Assembly (NCBI GenBank): GCA_022800625.1
Contig: JAAWQR010000005.1
Span: forward strand, 19,333-83,332
Direction of reading: 5' to 3'
Source: Clostridiales bacterium
GTDB taxonomy: Bacteria; Bacillota; Clostridia; Oscillospirales; CAG-272
DNA length: 64,000 bases
Shown piece by piece: positions 9,512 through 18,106 of this stretch. Each line of letters begins with the position of its first letter. Positions within the stretch are counted from its first letter, which is position 1. Below the pieces are notes generated by a model. It ran no database searches. It had not been told where the DNA came from and was given only the letters and a program-made list of their open reading frames with translations. Made by a program: the position numbers and the translations under genes.

Positions 9512-10852
9512 ATGAAAAACTATAAACATTCGGTTTCACTTGACGTCACAAAATGCAAAGGATGCACAGCATGCCTCAAACGATGTCCAACTGAGGCAAT
9601 ACGTATACGCGACGGACACGCAAAGATAAATTCGGAGCGGTGTATCGACTGCGGAGAGTGCATAAAGGTTTGTCCGCATCGGGCAAAGAGAGCTACGCAC
9701 GATTCGGCGGACGATATGCAAAAGTATAAATTTACAGTTGCACTGCCGGCTCCCGCTCTGTACGGTCAGTTCAATAATATGACGAGCATCGATTACATAA
9801 TCGACGGATTGTACAAGATCGGCTTTGACTATGTCTTTGAGGTAGCCTGCGCGGCGGAGATCGTTTCCGCATATACGAGAATATATCTCGGGAGACAGGA
9901 AGTAAAACGCCCTGTGATAAGCTCTGCATGTCCCGTTATTACGAGAATGATAGGAATGAATTTCCCGTATCTGACAGATCAGATAATGCCGATACTTCCT
10001 CCGATAGACGTTGCGGCAACATCAGCGCTTGATCACGTATTGGAAGAGCATCCCGAACTTACACGCGAGGATATAGGAATATTCTTTATTTCCCCGTGCC
10101 CTGCAAAGGTAAGCTATGTGAAAAACGGCTTTGCGGGAGAAAAAAACAATATTGACCGTGTTATCTCGGTCAGAGACATATATTTCAGACTTCTTGATGT
10201 TATGAAGCATGATGAGGCTCCCGAATACAGCGCAGATTCGGGAATGGTCGGGATAGGTTGGGCAGCGACCGGAGGAGAATCCTCCGCCGTGTTCAACGAG
10301 CGCTACCTTGCTGCCGACGGAATTGAAAACTGTATTCGAGTACTGGAACAAATAGATAACGAGGACTTCACGGATCTTGACTTTATTGAGCTTAATGCGT
10401 GCAGCGGCGGATGCGTCGGCGGAGCTATGACGGTTGCCAACGCATACATAGCGCAGGCAAGGCTTCAGTCGCTTAAGCGATATCTTCCCGTGTCGCCTAA
10501 CCGACCTGAGGGCGGAGAAATACCTGATAAGTTTTTCTCTGACGGTGAAGTTAAATATCAGACGGGGTATAAGTTATCTGAAAACAGAGTCGAAGCTATG
10601 CGCATGATGAGCGAGATTGAAGATATTACGGCAAGTTTACCGGGTATCGACTGCGGTTCATGCGGTGCGCCGACGTGTATGGCGTTTGCCGAGGACATCG
10701 TTAAAAATGAAACAAACGCTGATGAATGTACAATCATAATGCGTCAGCTGTTTCATCAAAGTCTTGATCAGCGAAAGGCTAAAATCATCTCAGACACTAT
10801 ATCGAGGCAGTCGAAAAAAACTGATGAGAAGTCAGAAGGTGAAACAAATTAA
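9512..10852 (+). CDS. HydS-like putative sensory [FeFe] hydrogenase paralog (2x[4Fe-4S] ferredoxin + H-domain + C-terminal 4-Cys Fe-S domain)
   Basis: N-terminal CKGCTACLKRCP and CIDCGECIKVCP. H-cluster motifs are SSACP (for TSCCP), SPCPAK (for MPCxxK) and ELNACSGGCVGG (for ExMxCxxGCxxG). C-terminal CGSCGAPTC...EC motif. Confidence 0.8.
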   Translation: MKNYKHSVSLDVTKCKGCTACLKRCPTEAIRIRDGHAKINSERCIDCGECIKVCPHRAKRATHDSADDMQKYKFTVALPAPALYGQFNNMTSIDYIIDGLYKIGFDYVFEVACAAEIVSAYTRIYLGRQEVKRPVISSACPVITRMIGMNFPYLTDQIMPILPPIDVAATSALDHVLEEHPELTREDIGIFFISPCPAKVSYVKNGFAGEKNNIDRVISVRDIYFRLLDVMKHDEAPEYSADSGMVGIGWAATGGESSAVFNERYLAADGIENCIRVLEQIDNEDFTDLDFIELNACSGGCVGGAMTVANAYIAQARLQSLKRYLPVSPNRPEGGEIPDKFFSDGEVKYQTGYKLSENRVEAMRMMSEIEDITASLPGIDCGSCGAPTCMAFAEDIVKNETNADECTIIMRQLFHQSLDQRKAKIISDTISRQSKKTDEKSEGETN

Positions 10853-10855
10853 CGC

Positions 10856-11242
10856 ATGACTGTAGGCTGTTCACCGAGTGTTGCTCAGTCTGCGGTGCAG
10901 AAAGGCAGGTTTGCTTTGAAAACAGATGCAGTTGTTAAATCTCTCGGACTGAAGGCACTCGTAGGAGATGTTCCCGATGAATTTTCGGGAGTTTATGCAG
11001 GAGATCTGCTCAGCCGTGCGATGAGCCATGTGACTGAAGGCGATCTTTGGATCACTATCATGAATAATGTCAATGTCATTGCCGTTGCAAGCCTTACGGA
11101 AGCTGCCGCAGTTATTTTGGCTGAGGGTGTTGTTCTTCCCGAGGACGTGAAAAACGCTGCCGCGGAAAAAAATATTACAGTATTGTCGTCAGATGATACT
11201 GTGTATGATATCTGCCGCGGTATTGCGGTCTCTCTCTCATGA
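10856..11242 (+). CDS. DRTGG domain protein (second copy)
   Basis: Similar size and pattern to 8711..9073 (LKALVGDVPDE...YAGDLLSRAMSHV...). The start is either ATG 10856 or in-frame TTG 10916. The 3' end overlaps the PHP gene by 4 nt. Confidence 0.55.
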   Translation: MTVGCSPSVAQSAVQKGRFALKTDAVVKSLGLKALVGDVPDEFSGVYAGDLLSRAMSHVTEGDLWITIMNNVNVIAVASLTEAAAVILAEGVVLPEDVKNAAAEKNITVLSSDDTVYDICRGIAVSLS

Positions 11243-11970
11243 ACAGCTATAATTATGATCTGCATATCCATTCCTGTCTTTCGCCATGTGCTGACGATGA
11301 TATGACTCCTGCGAATATTGCGGGAATGGCTCATTTGCAGGGACTTAATATTGTGGCTCTTACAGATCATAATTCGTCAAAAAACTGCCCTGCATTTTTT
11401 GCACATGCGAAAAAATACGGCATAGTCCCGATAGCGGGAATGGAGCTTACGACTGCTGAGGACATACATGTTATCTGCCTTTTTGATACGCTTGACTCAG
11501 CAATGGAATTTGACGGTATTGTTGAAAGAAGGCTCATGTATGTTAAGAACCGCCCCGATATATTCGGATGTCAGCTCATCATGAATGAAAATGACGAGAC
11601 TGTGGGTGAGATCGAGCCGCTTCTCATAAACGCGACGGATATAGACCTTGACGAGGCATATAAAATATGTACTTCAATGGGAGGCGCATGCTATCCCGCT
11701 CATATTGACAGGGATTCGGGCGGTATGATATCCATTCTCGGAAATTTTCCCGATAATCCGAAATATGCGGCATTTGAACTTAATTTTAAGGAATCTCTTG
11801 AAGAATACATGGCAAGATTTCCCGTGACGGAAAAAATGCAGTTTGTCGTGTCATCCGATGCGCATAATCTCTGGAAAATATCAGATGCAGGCAATACATT
11901 ATCCCTTGATGATGAGCCGTACAGTTCTCAGAAAGTCAGAGAATCCCTTATAAAATATTTAAGGGGATAA
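11239..11970 (+). CDS. PHP domain phosphoesterase
   Basis: N-terminal YDLHIHSCLSPCADD and ALTDHNS His/Asp metal-binding motifs, with a later SSDAH motif. 243 aa. Confidence 0.75.
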   Translation: MNSYNYDLHIHSCLSPCADDDMTPANIAGMAHLQGLNIVALTDHNSSKNCPAFFAHAKKYGIVPIAGMELTTAEDIHVICLFDTLDSAMEFDGIVERRLMYVKNRPDIFGCQLIMNENDETVGEIEPLLINATDIDLDEAYKICTSMGGACYPAHIDRDSGGMISILGNFPDNPKYAAFELNFKESLEEYMARFPVTEKMQFVVSSDAHNLWKISDAGNTLSLDDEPYSSQKVRESLIKYLRG

Positions 11971-12006
11971 GTAAATCTCACGACAGTCAAGCGGACGGAG
12001 GTACAG

Positions 12007-12585
12007 ATGGAAGAATTTTCGCTTTATGTTCTTGATATCACTATGAATTCCGTACGTGCAGGCGCCGATAAAATCGATGTGACGCTGGAAGAGAAAAAAT
12101 CTGACGGCGGGGAGCGTATGTTGTATTTTACAGTAAGCGATAACGGCTGCGGAATGAGCGGGGAAATGGTAAAGCGTCTTGCCGATCCGTTCTTTACGAC
12201 AAGAAAGACACGATCCGTAGGACTCGGTGTGCCTTTTCTTAAGATGCTTGCCGAGCAAACTGGCGGAGGTCTTGAAATCGTTTCAAGGTCCAAAGAAGAG
12301 CATCCCGACGATCACGGGACAACGCTTAAAGCAAGCTTCGGAATAGAGCATATAGATTTTATTCCGCTCGGCGATCTTGAGGGCACGTTTATAACTCTGA
12401 TACAGGGAAGTCCCGATATCGATTTTACATTTACTTATATAACTCCGACAGGAAAGGTACATCTTGCTTGCAGTGAGATTCGCGAAATACTCGGAGGGGA
12501 TATTTCACTCGCTGAGTTTGAAGTACTTGAATGGATCAGGGGTTATCTGAGAGAAAGCTATGAAGCTTTAAAACAAAATAAATAA
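12007..12585 (+). CDS. Stand-alone GHKL (HATPase_c) ATP-binding protein (second copy)
   Basis: N-box-like ITMNSVRAGA, G1 DNGCGM and G2 GLGVPFL. No DHp, receiver or DNA-binding domain. Confidence 0.7.
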   Translation: MEEFSLYVLDITMNSVRAGADKIDVTLEEKKSDGGERMLYFTVSDNGCGMSGEMVKRLADPFFTTRKTRSVGLGVPFLKMLAEQTGGGLEIVSRSKEEHPDDHGTTLKASFGIEHIDFIPLGDLEGTFITLIQGSPDIDFTFTYITPTGKVHLACSEIREILGGDISLAEFEVLEWIRGYLRESYEALKQNK

Positions 12586-12609
12586 TAAATCCTGAAAGGA
12601 AATTATCAT

Positions 12610-12981
12610 ATGAAATCTCTTGAAGAATTGATGGCGATCAAAGAAAAGATGCAGGACAAGGTTGCTCTGCGTCACGCATCAGACGAAGTTCGCGTAGTAG
12701 TCGGCATGGCTACATGCGGTATTGCAGCAGGCGCACGTCCTGTACTTAACGCTTTTGTCGAAGGCGTATCCGAAGCAGGACTTGCAAGCCGTGTTACGGT
12801 TACTCAGACTGGCTGCATAGGTATATGTCAGTATGAGCCTGTTGTCGAAATATTTGAAAAAGACAAAGAAAAAGTCACTTATGTAAAAATGACGGCTGAA
12901 AAAGCCCGTGAAGTCATTGAAAAGCATATTAAGGGCGGAAATCCTGTAGCCGAATACACGATCGGCAACGCTAAAATATAA
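12610..12981 (+). CDS. Small thioredoxin-like [2Fe-2S] ferredoxin subunit (HndB-like)
   Basis: GMATCGIAAGA...TGCIGICQYEP pattern. 123 aa. Lies directly upstream of the NuoF-like gene. Confidence 0.75.
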   Translation: MKSLEELMAIKEKMQDKVALRHASDEVRVVVGMATCGIAAGARPVLNAFVEGVSEAGLASRVTVTQTGCIGICQYEPVVEIFEKDKEKVTYVKMTAEKAREVIEKHIKGGNPVAEYTIGNAKI

Positions 12982-13001
12982 CTTAGGAGGAAATATAGGC
13001 T

Positions 13002-14798
13002 ATGTTTCGTATACATGCATTGATTTGCGGCGGTACAGGCTGTACCTCCTCAGGCAGTATGTCGGTCAAGGAGGCTCTTGAAAAAGAACTCGCGGCAAAA
13101 GGACTTGAGGAAGAGGTAAAAATTGTACAGACGGGATGTTTCGGACTTTGTGCGCTCGGTCCGATCATGATCGTATATCCGGAGGGAACATTCTACAGCA
13201 TGGTAAAGGCTGAGGATATCCCCGAGATCGTTGAGGAGCACTTCCTCAAAGGTCGTCCTGTTGAGCGCCTTGTTTATAACGAGGCTGCAAAGGATCATCC
13301 GGCAGAGGCTGTAGCGTCTCTTAATGATACTGCTTTCTATAAAAAGCAGAAGAGAGTTGCGCTCCGCAACTGCGGCGTTATCAACCCTGAAAATATCGAT
13401 GAGTATATAGCTATGGACGGTTATTTTGCTCTCGCCAAGGTTTTGAAGGAGATGACTCCCGATGATGTTATCAAAACCGTTCTTGACTCAGGACTTCGCG
13501 GACGCGGAGGCGGCGGATTCCCGACGGGAAGAAAGTGGCAGTTTGCAAAGGCGAGTGTATCTGATAAAAAGTATGTCGTATGTAATGCCGACGAGGGCGA
13601 CCCGGGAGCATTCATGGACCGTTCGGTTCTCGAGGGTGACCCGCATGCAGTTCTTGAAGCAATGGCTATCGCAGGCTATGCTATCGGAGCTGACGAAGGT
13701 TGGATATATGTCCGTGCCGAGTATCCGATCGCTGTAAGAAGACTTAATATCGCAATAGAGCAGGCAAGAGAATACGGAATTCTCGGAAAGGGAATTTTCG
13801 GTACAGACTTCAATTTTGATATTCATATTCGTCTCGGTGCAGGCGCGTTCGTTTGCGGTGAGGAAACAGCTCTTCTTACATCAATTGAAGGTAACCGCGG
13901 TGAGCCGCGTCCCCGTCCGCCTTTCCCGGCAGTTAAGGGGCTTTGGGGCAAGCCGACCATTATCAATAATGTAGAGACATACGCAAATATTGCTCAGATC
14001 ATTCTGAACGGCGCTGATTGGTTTGCTTCAATGGGTACGGAGACGTCCAAGGGAACAAAGGTATTTGCTCTCGGCGGTAAGATTAAAAATACAGGTCTTG
14101 TTGAGATCCCGATGGGTACAACTCTCCGCGAGATCGTAGAAGAGATCGGCGGCGGCGTTCCGAACGGTAAGAAGTTTAAGGCGGCTCAGACGGGCGGTCC
14201 GTCAGGCGGATGTATTCCGGCTTCTCTCATTGATACGCCTATCGACTATGACAACCTCATAAAGATCGGATCAATGATGGGTTCAGGCGGACTTATCGTA
14301 ATGGACGAGGATACTTGTATGGTTGACCTTGCTAAGTTCTTCCTTGAGTTCACTGTAGACGAGTCTTGCGGAAAGTGTGCGCCTTGCCGTATCGGTACGG
14401 TTCGACTTCTTGAGATTCTGAATAAGATCACATCAGGCAACGGTGAGATGGAAGACCTTGATAAGCTTGAGGAACTTGCAAACTACATAAAGAGCGCTTC
14501 TCTCTGCGGTCTCGGTCAGACAGCTCCGAACCCCGTTCTTTCAACACTTCGTTACTTCAGAGACGAGTATATCGCTCATATCAGAGATAAAAAATGTCCG
14601 GCGGGCGTATGTAAGAAGTTGCTTTCATTTGAGATCGATCCCGAAAAATGTAAGGGATGCACTCTCTGTGCAAGACAGTGCCCAGCAGGCGCTATCACGG
14701 GTAAGGTTAAAGAAGCACATGTTATCGATACCGAGAAGTGCGTAAAATGCGGCGCTTGTATGGAAAAATGTAAGTTCGGTGCAATTTCCAAGAAATAA
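13002..14798 (+). CDS. hydB: NuoF-like FMN/NAD(H)-binding subunit of bifurcating-type hydrogenase (HydB/HndC)
   Basis: N-terminal [2Fe-2S] (CGGTGC...GCFGLCALGP), GRGGGGFPTGRKW FMN/NADH motif, ESCGKCAPCR [4Fe-4S], and C-terminal 2x ferredoxin CKGCTLCARQCP / CVKCGACMEKC. Confidence 0.92.
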   Translation: MFRIHALICGGTGCTSSGSMSVKEALEKELAAKGLEEEVKIVQTGCFGLCALGPIMIVYPEGTFYSMVKAEDIPEIVEEHFLKGRPVERLVYNEAAKDHPAEAVASLNDTAFYKKQKRVALRNCGVINPENIDEYIAMDGYFALAKVLKEMTPDDVIKTVLDSGLRGRGGGGFPTGRKWQFAKASVSDKKYVVCNADEGDPGAFMDRSVLEGDPHAVLEAMAIAGYAIGADEGWIYVRAEYPIAVRRLNIAIEQAREYGILGKGIFGTDFNFDIHIRLGAGAFVCGEETALLTSIEGNRGEPRPRPPFPAVKGLWGKPTIINNVETYANIAQIILNGADWFASMGTETSKGTKVFALGGKIKNTGLVEIPMGTTLREIVEEIGGGVPNGKKFKAAQTGGPSGGCIPASLIDTPIDYDNLIKIGSMMGSGGLIVMDEDTCMVDLAKFFLEFTVDESCGKCAPCRIGTVRLLEILNKITSGNGEMEDLDKLEELANYIKSASLCGLGQTAPNPVLSTLRYFRDEYIAHIRDKKCPAGVCKKLLSFEIDPEKCKGCTLCARQCPAGAITGKVKEAHVIDTEKCVKCGACMEKCKFGAISKK

Positions 14799-14818
14799 GA
14801 AAGGAAACGACATTACAC

Positions 14819-16558
14819 ATGGATATGATGAATATAAAGATCAACGGCGCGGATTATTCAGTTCCTGCCGGAATCACTGTACTTGAAGCTGCAAAGTATG
14901 CCGGAATCGATATTCCGACGCTTTGCTACCTCAAGGATATAAATGAAATCGGTGCATGCAGACTTTGCCTTGTTGAAGTAAAAGGCGCAAGGGGGCTTGT
15001 AACCTCATGCGTATATCCCATTAACGAGGGCATGGAGATATTTACCAATACAGAAAAAGTCAGACGTGCCCGCAAGACAAATATTGAGCTTGTTCTTTCA
15101 GCTCATAAGAAGAAATGTCTCTCGTGTATCAGAAGCACGAACTGTGAGCTTCAGAAGCTTGCACGCGACTACGGTGCAGATGAGGATTACTTCAAAAGCG
15201 ATGATGACAGAGAATATCCGATCGATGTTTCCTCTCCGTCTATCATTCGTGATAACAACAAATGTATTCTTTGCCGCCGCTGCGTTGCTGCATGTAATAA
15301 ACTTCAGGGAATCGGAGCTATCGGTACTCTGAACCGCGGTTACGACACAGAGATCGGAAGCCAGTTCGGTCTTCCGCTTGCTGAGACTTCCTGCATCAAC
15401 TGCGGACAGTGCATAGTTGCATGTCCTGTAGGTGCTCTCTATGAGAAGGATGACACACAGAAGATCATGGAAGCTATCAACGATCCTTCAAAGCACGTTG
15501 CTATCTGTTGCGCTCCGTCAGTCAGAGCTACTATCGGAGAGTGCTTCGGCATGGCTCCCGGCACTGACGCTGAGGGAAAGATGGTTGCAGCTCTAAAGAA
15601 GCTCGGCTTTGACGGCGTATACGACATGAACTTTACAGCTGACCTCACTATCATGGAGGAGGCCACAGAGTTCCTTGGCAGAGTTAAGAACGGCGGACCG
15701 CTTCCGCTTATTACCTCATGCTCGCCCGGATGGGTCAAGTTCTGCGAGCATTACTTCCCCGAAATGACGGAGAATCTTTCAACATGTAAGTCTCCTCAGC
15801 AGATGTTCGGTGCGGTTTACAAGACATACTTCGCTGAAAAGATGGGCATTGATCCTAAGGATATCGTATTTGTATCCGCTATTCCCTGTACAGCTAAGAA
15901 GTTTGAGGTAACACGCGACGGTCAGGACGTTGACGGAATGCCGGGAGTTGATATAGCAGTTACAACCCGCGAGCTCGGACGTATGATAGACGCTGCCGGA
16001 ATCGAATTTACAGCTCTTGCTGACGAGAAGTTTGATACACCTATCGACATCGGATCAGGTGCGGGCGCTATCTTCGGCGCTACAGGCGGAGTTATGGAGG
16101 CAGCTCTCAGAACTGCCGCTGAGGTTATTGAAGGAAAGCCGCTTGAAAAGCTTGATTTTGAGGAAGTACGCGGTACTGACGGCATTAAGTTTGCAACATA
16201 CAAGCTCGGCGATATTGAACTTAACGTTGCTGTAGCTTCAGGTACTGCAAATGCAGCTAAGCTCTTGAAGGGCGTACAGGACGGAACATACAACGTTCAG
16301 TTTATCGAGATCATGGCTTGTCCCGGCGGATGCGTAAACGGCGGCGGTCAGCCGACTCAGCCGGCGTCTGTCAGAAATTCTGTTGATCTTAAGAAGGTTC
16401 GCGCTGAGGTTCTTTACACAGCCGATCGCAATCTTGATCTTCGCAAATCACACGAAAACTCGATTATTAAGCAGATATATGATGAGTTCCTCGGAGAACC
16501 GAACAGCCACAAGGCTCATGAGCTTCTCCACACTCATTACGTAAAGCGCGGTCTGTAA
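14819..16558 (+). CDS. hydA: [FeFe] hydrogenase catalytic subunit (HydA/HndD, NADH-dependent group A type)
   Basis: N-terminal [2Fe-2S] and His-ligated cluster, then CILCRRCVAACN and CINCGQCIVACP. H-domain motifs are TSCSPGW, IPCTAKKFE and EIMACPGGCVNGGGQP. Confidence 0.92.
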   Translation: MDMMNIKINGADYSVPAGITVLEAAKYAGIDIPTLCYLKDINEIGACRLCLVEVKGARGLVTSCVYPINEGMEIFTNTEKVRRARKTNIELVLSAHKKKCLSCIRSTNCELQKLARDYGADEDYFKSDDDREYPIDVSSPSIIRDNNKCILCRRCVAACNKLQGIGAIGTLNRGYDTEIGSQFGLPLAETSCINCGQCIVACPVGALYEKDDTQKIMEAINDPSKHVAICCAPSVRATIGECFGMAPGTDAEGKMVAALKKLGFDGVYDMNFTADLTIMEEATEFLGRVKNGGPLPLITSCSPGWVKFCEHYFPEMTENLSTCKSPQQMFGAVYKTYFAEKMGIDPKDIVFVSAIPCTAKKFEVTRDGQDVDGMPGVDIAVTTRELGRMIDAAGIEFTALADEKFDTPIDIGSGAGAIFGATGGVMEAALRTAAEVIEGKPLEKLDFEEVRGTDGIKFATYKLGDIELNVAVASGTANAAKLLKGVQDGTYNVQFIEIMACPGGCVNGGGQPTQPASVRNSVDLKKVRAEVLYTADRNLDLRKSHENSIIKQIYDEFLGEPNSHKAHELLHTHYVKRGL

Positions 16559-16581
16559 AGAGATACACATGGGAATGACGT

Positions 16582-16611
16582 GGGGGAGACTTTTTGAAAA
16601 AAGTCTCCCCC
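16582..16611. repeat. GC-rich perfect palindrome (13-bp arms) just downstream of hydA; hairpin or REP-like element
   Basis: GGGGGAGACTTTT-TGAA-AAAAGTCTCCCCC. No flanking U-tract, so it is not a canonical intrinsic terminator. Confidence 0.5.
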
Positions 16612-16720
16612 ACACCTCCTTCAAAAACTTTTGAAAAGAGTTTTTGATGAGTTTGTGCCGATACCGAATGATATACTAAGCTCAACTGATTACTTTTTTT
16701 CAGAAGTTTTGGGGAGGGAG

Positions 16721-16759
16721 TTTGAGGGAGGAACTTTTTCAAAAGTTCTCTCCCTCAAA
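16721..16759. repeat. Second G/C-rich imperfect palindrome (about 17-bp arms)
   Basis: TTTGAGGGAGGAACTTT...AAAGTTCTCTCCCTCAAA with one bulge, preceded by GGGGAGGGAG. Confidence 0.45.
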
Positions 16760-16773
16760 AAATCGTATTTCTA

Positions 16774-16802
16774 TTGCAATTTTACTGATATTGCGTTATA
16801 AT
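16774..16802 (+). promoter_or_regulatory. Sigma-A type promoter of the thi operon
   Basis: TTGCAA (16774-16779), 17-nt spacer, TATAAT (16797-16802). Confidence 0.7.
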
Positions 16803-16809
16803 AAGAATA

Positions 16810-16897
16810 TCAAACATGGGGAGCTTGTGTTACAGGCTGAGAGGAAGGTATACCTTCGACCCGAAACCTGATTTGGATAATGCCAACGTAGGGACAA
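16810..16897 (+). promoter_or_regulatory. TPP (THI-box) riboswitch aptamer
   Basis: Contains the conserved GGGGAGC...GGCTGAGA...ACCCGAAACCTGAT..GGATAATGCC..CGTAGGGA elements in canonical order. Located upstream of thiE. Confidence 0.88.
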
Positions 16898-16910
16898 AAT
16901 ACGCTCTTTG

Positions 16911-16950
16911 CGGATATACCGAGGCTTGGTATATCCGTATTTTGTTTATT
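16911..16950 (+). terminator. Riboswitch expression-platform terminator
   Basis: CGGATATACC-GAGGCTT-GGTATATCCG followed by TATTTTGTTTATT. The upstream AAAATACG can pair alternatively. Confidence 0.7.
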
Positions 16951-16979
16951 TCAGTATCGTATCAAGCAGGTAGAAGTAT

Positions 16980-17621
16980 ATGAAAATTAAAAGAGAAGAT
17001 CTATTGCTTTATGGAATAACAGACAGGTCGCGCCTTGGGGGAGCTGAGCTTTACGAGCATGTCAAAATGGCTCTTGACGGCGGTGTGACATTTTTGCAGC
17101 TCAGAGAAAAAAATCGTGAAAAAGATCAGGTTCTCGAAGAAGCGTGCCGAATAGGCGAGCTTTGCAGGGAATATAATGTTCCGTTTATAATAAACGATGA
17201 TCCTGAAATTGCTCGGCTGTCGGGTGCGGACGGAGTTCATGTCGGTCAGCGGGATATGGAGGCGGGACGCGTCCGCGAGATACTCGGAGAAGATAAAATC
17301 ATCGGGGTAACTGCACGTACGGTTGAACAGGCGATTGCTGCCGAGCGCAGCGGAGCGGATTACCTCGGCTGCGGCGCGGTTTTCCCTACAGGCACAAAAT
17401 CGGATGCGGTAGAGCTTGATCATAACACTTTGCGCAAGATATGCGAAGCTGTAAATATTCCTGTCATTGCCATCGGCGGAATTTGTGAAAACAATATTAT
17501 GGAACTTAAAGGCAGCGGAATATGCGGTGTTGCCGTTATCGGCGCGATTTTCGGAAGTGATGATATTAAATCTGCATCTGCGAGGCTTAAAGTTTTTGCA
17601 GAAAAGATGACAAGCTCATGA
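16980..17621 (+). CDS. thiE: Thiamine-phosphate synthase
   Basis: LYGITDR...VTFLQLREK...FIINDD...ADGVHVGQRD...IAIGGI motifs typical of ThiE. Confidence 0.9.
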   Translation: MKIKREDLLLYGITDRSRLGGAELYEHVKMALDGGVTFLQLREKNREKDQVLEEACRIGELCREYNVPFIINDDPEIARLSGADGVHVGQRDMEAGRVREILGEDKIIGVTARTVEQAIAAERSGADYLGCGAVFPTGTKSDAVELDHNTLRKICEAVNIPVIAIGGICENNIMELKGSGICGVAVIGAIFGSDDIKSASARLKVFAEKMTSS

Positions 17622-17640
17622 CAGTGAACAGAGGAAAAAG

Positions 17641-18075
17641 ATGAATATAGAGTACAGAACGCAAAAAGAGCTGCCAAATGATAAATTATATAAATTATTT
17701 CATGCGGTAGGATGGGTTAGGGAAGATACAACGACACAGGAGCTGACATCTCAGGAGATGTTCGATAATTTTAATATCGGATTTATCAATTCGACGTTTG
17801 TTTTTTCGGCATGGTGCAATGATAGATTAGTAGGCTGTGTAAGAGCTTTAAGCGACTTGCATTTCAGATCGGTTATGTATGATTTAGCCGTTTTGCCTGA
17901 ATTTCAGCACAGAGGTATCGGAACAGAGCTTGTAAGAAGATGCAGAAATGCTTGTGAAAATTCAGAATGGTTAGTTCAAACAGATGACGCTAAGGGATTT
18001 TATGAGAAGATCGGATTTAAGGAGAATAAGGATCATTTTCTGACAGTCCCGTGCAAATGGTTTAATAGTATTTGA
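17641..18075 (+). CDS. GNAT family N-acetyltransferase
   Basis: 144 aa. Acetyl-CoA motif FQHRGIGTELVRR and a C-terminal GFYEKIGF. Confidence 0.75.
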   Translation: MNIEYRTQKELPNDKLYKLFHAVGWVREDTTTQELTSQEMFDNFNIGFINSTFVFSAWCNDRLVGCVRALSDLHFRSVMYDLAVLPEFQHRGIGTELVRRCRNACENSEWLVQTDDAKGFYEKIGFKENKDHFLTVPCKWFNSI

Positions 18076-18106
18076 GATTTAATACGATAAACGGATTGGA
18101 ATTACT

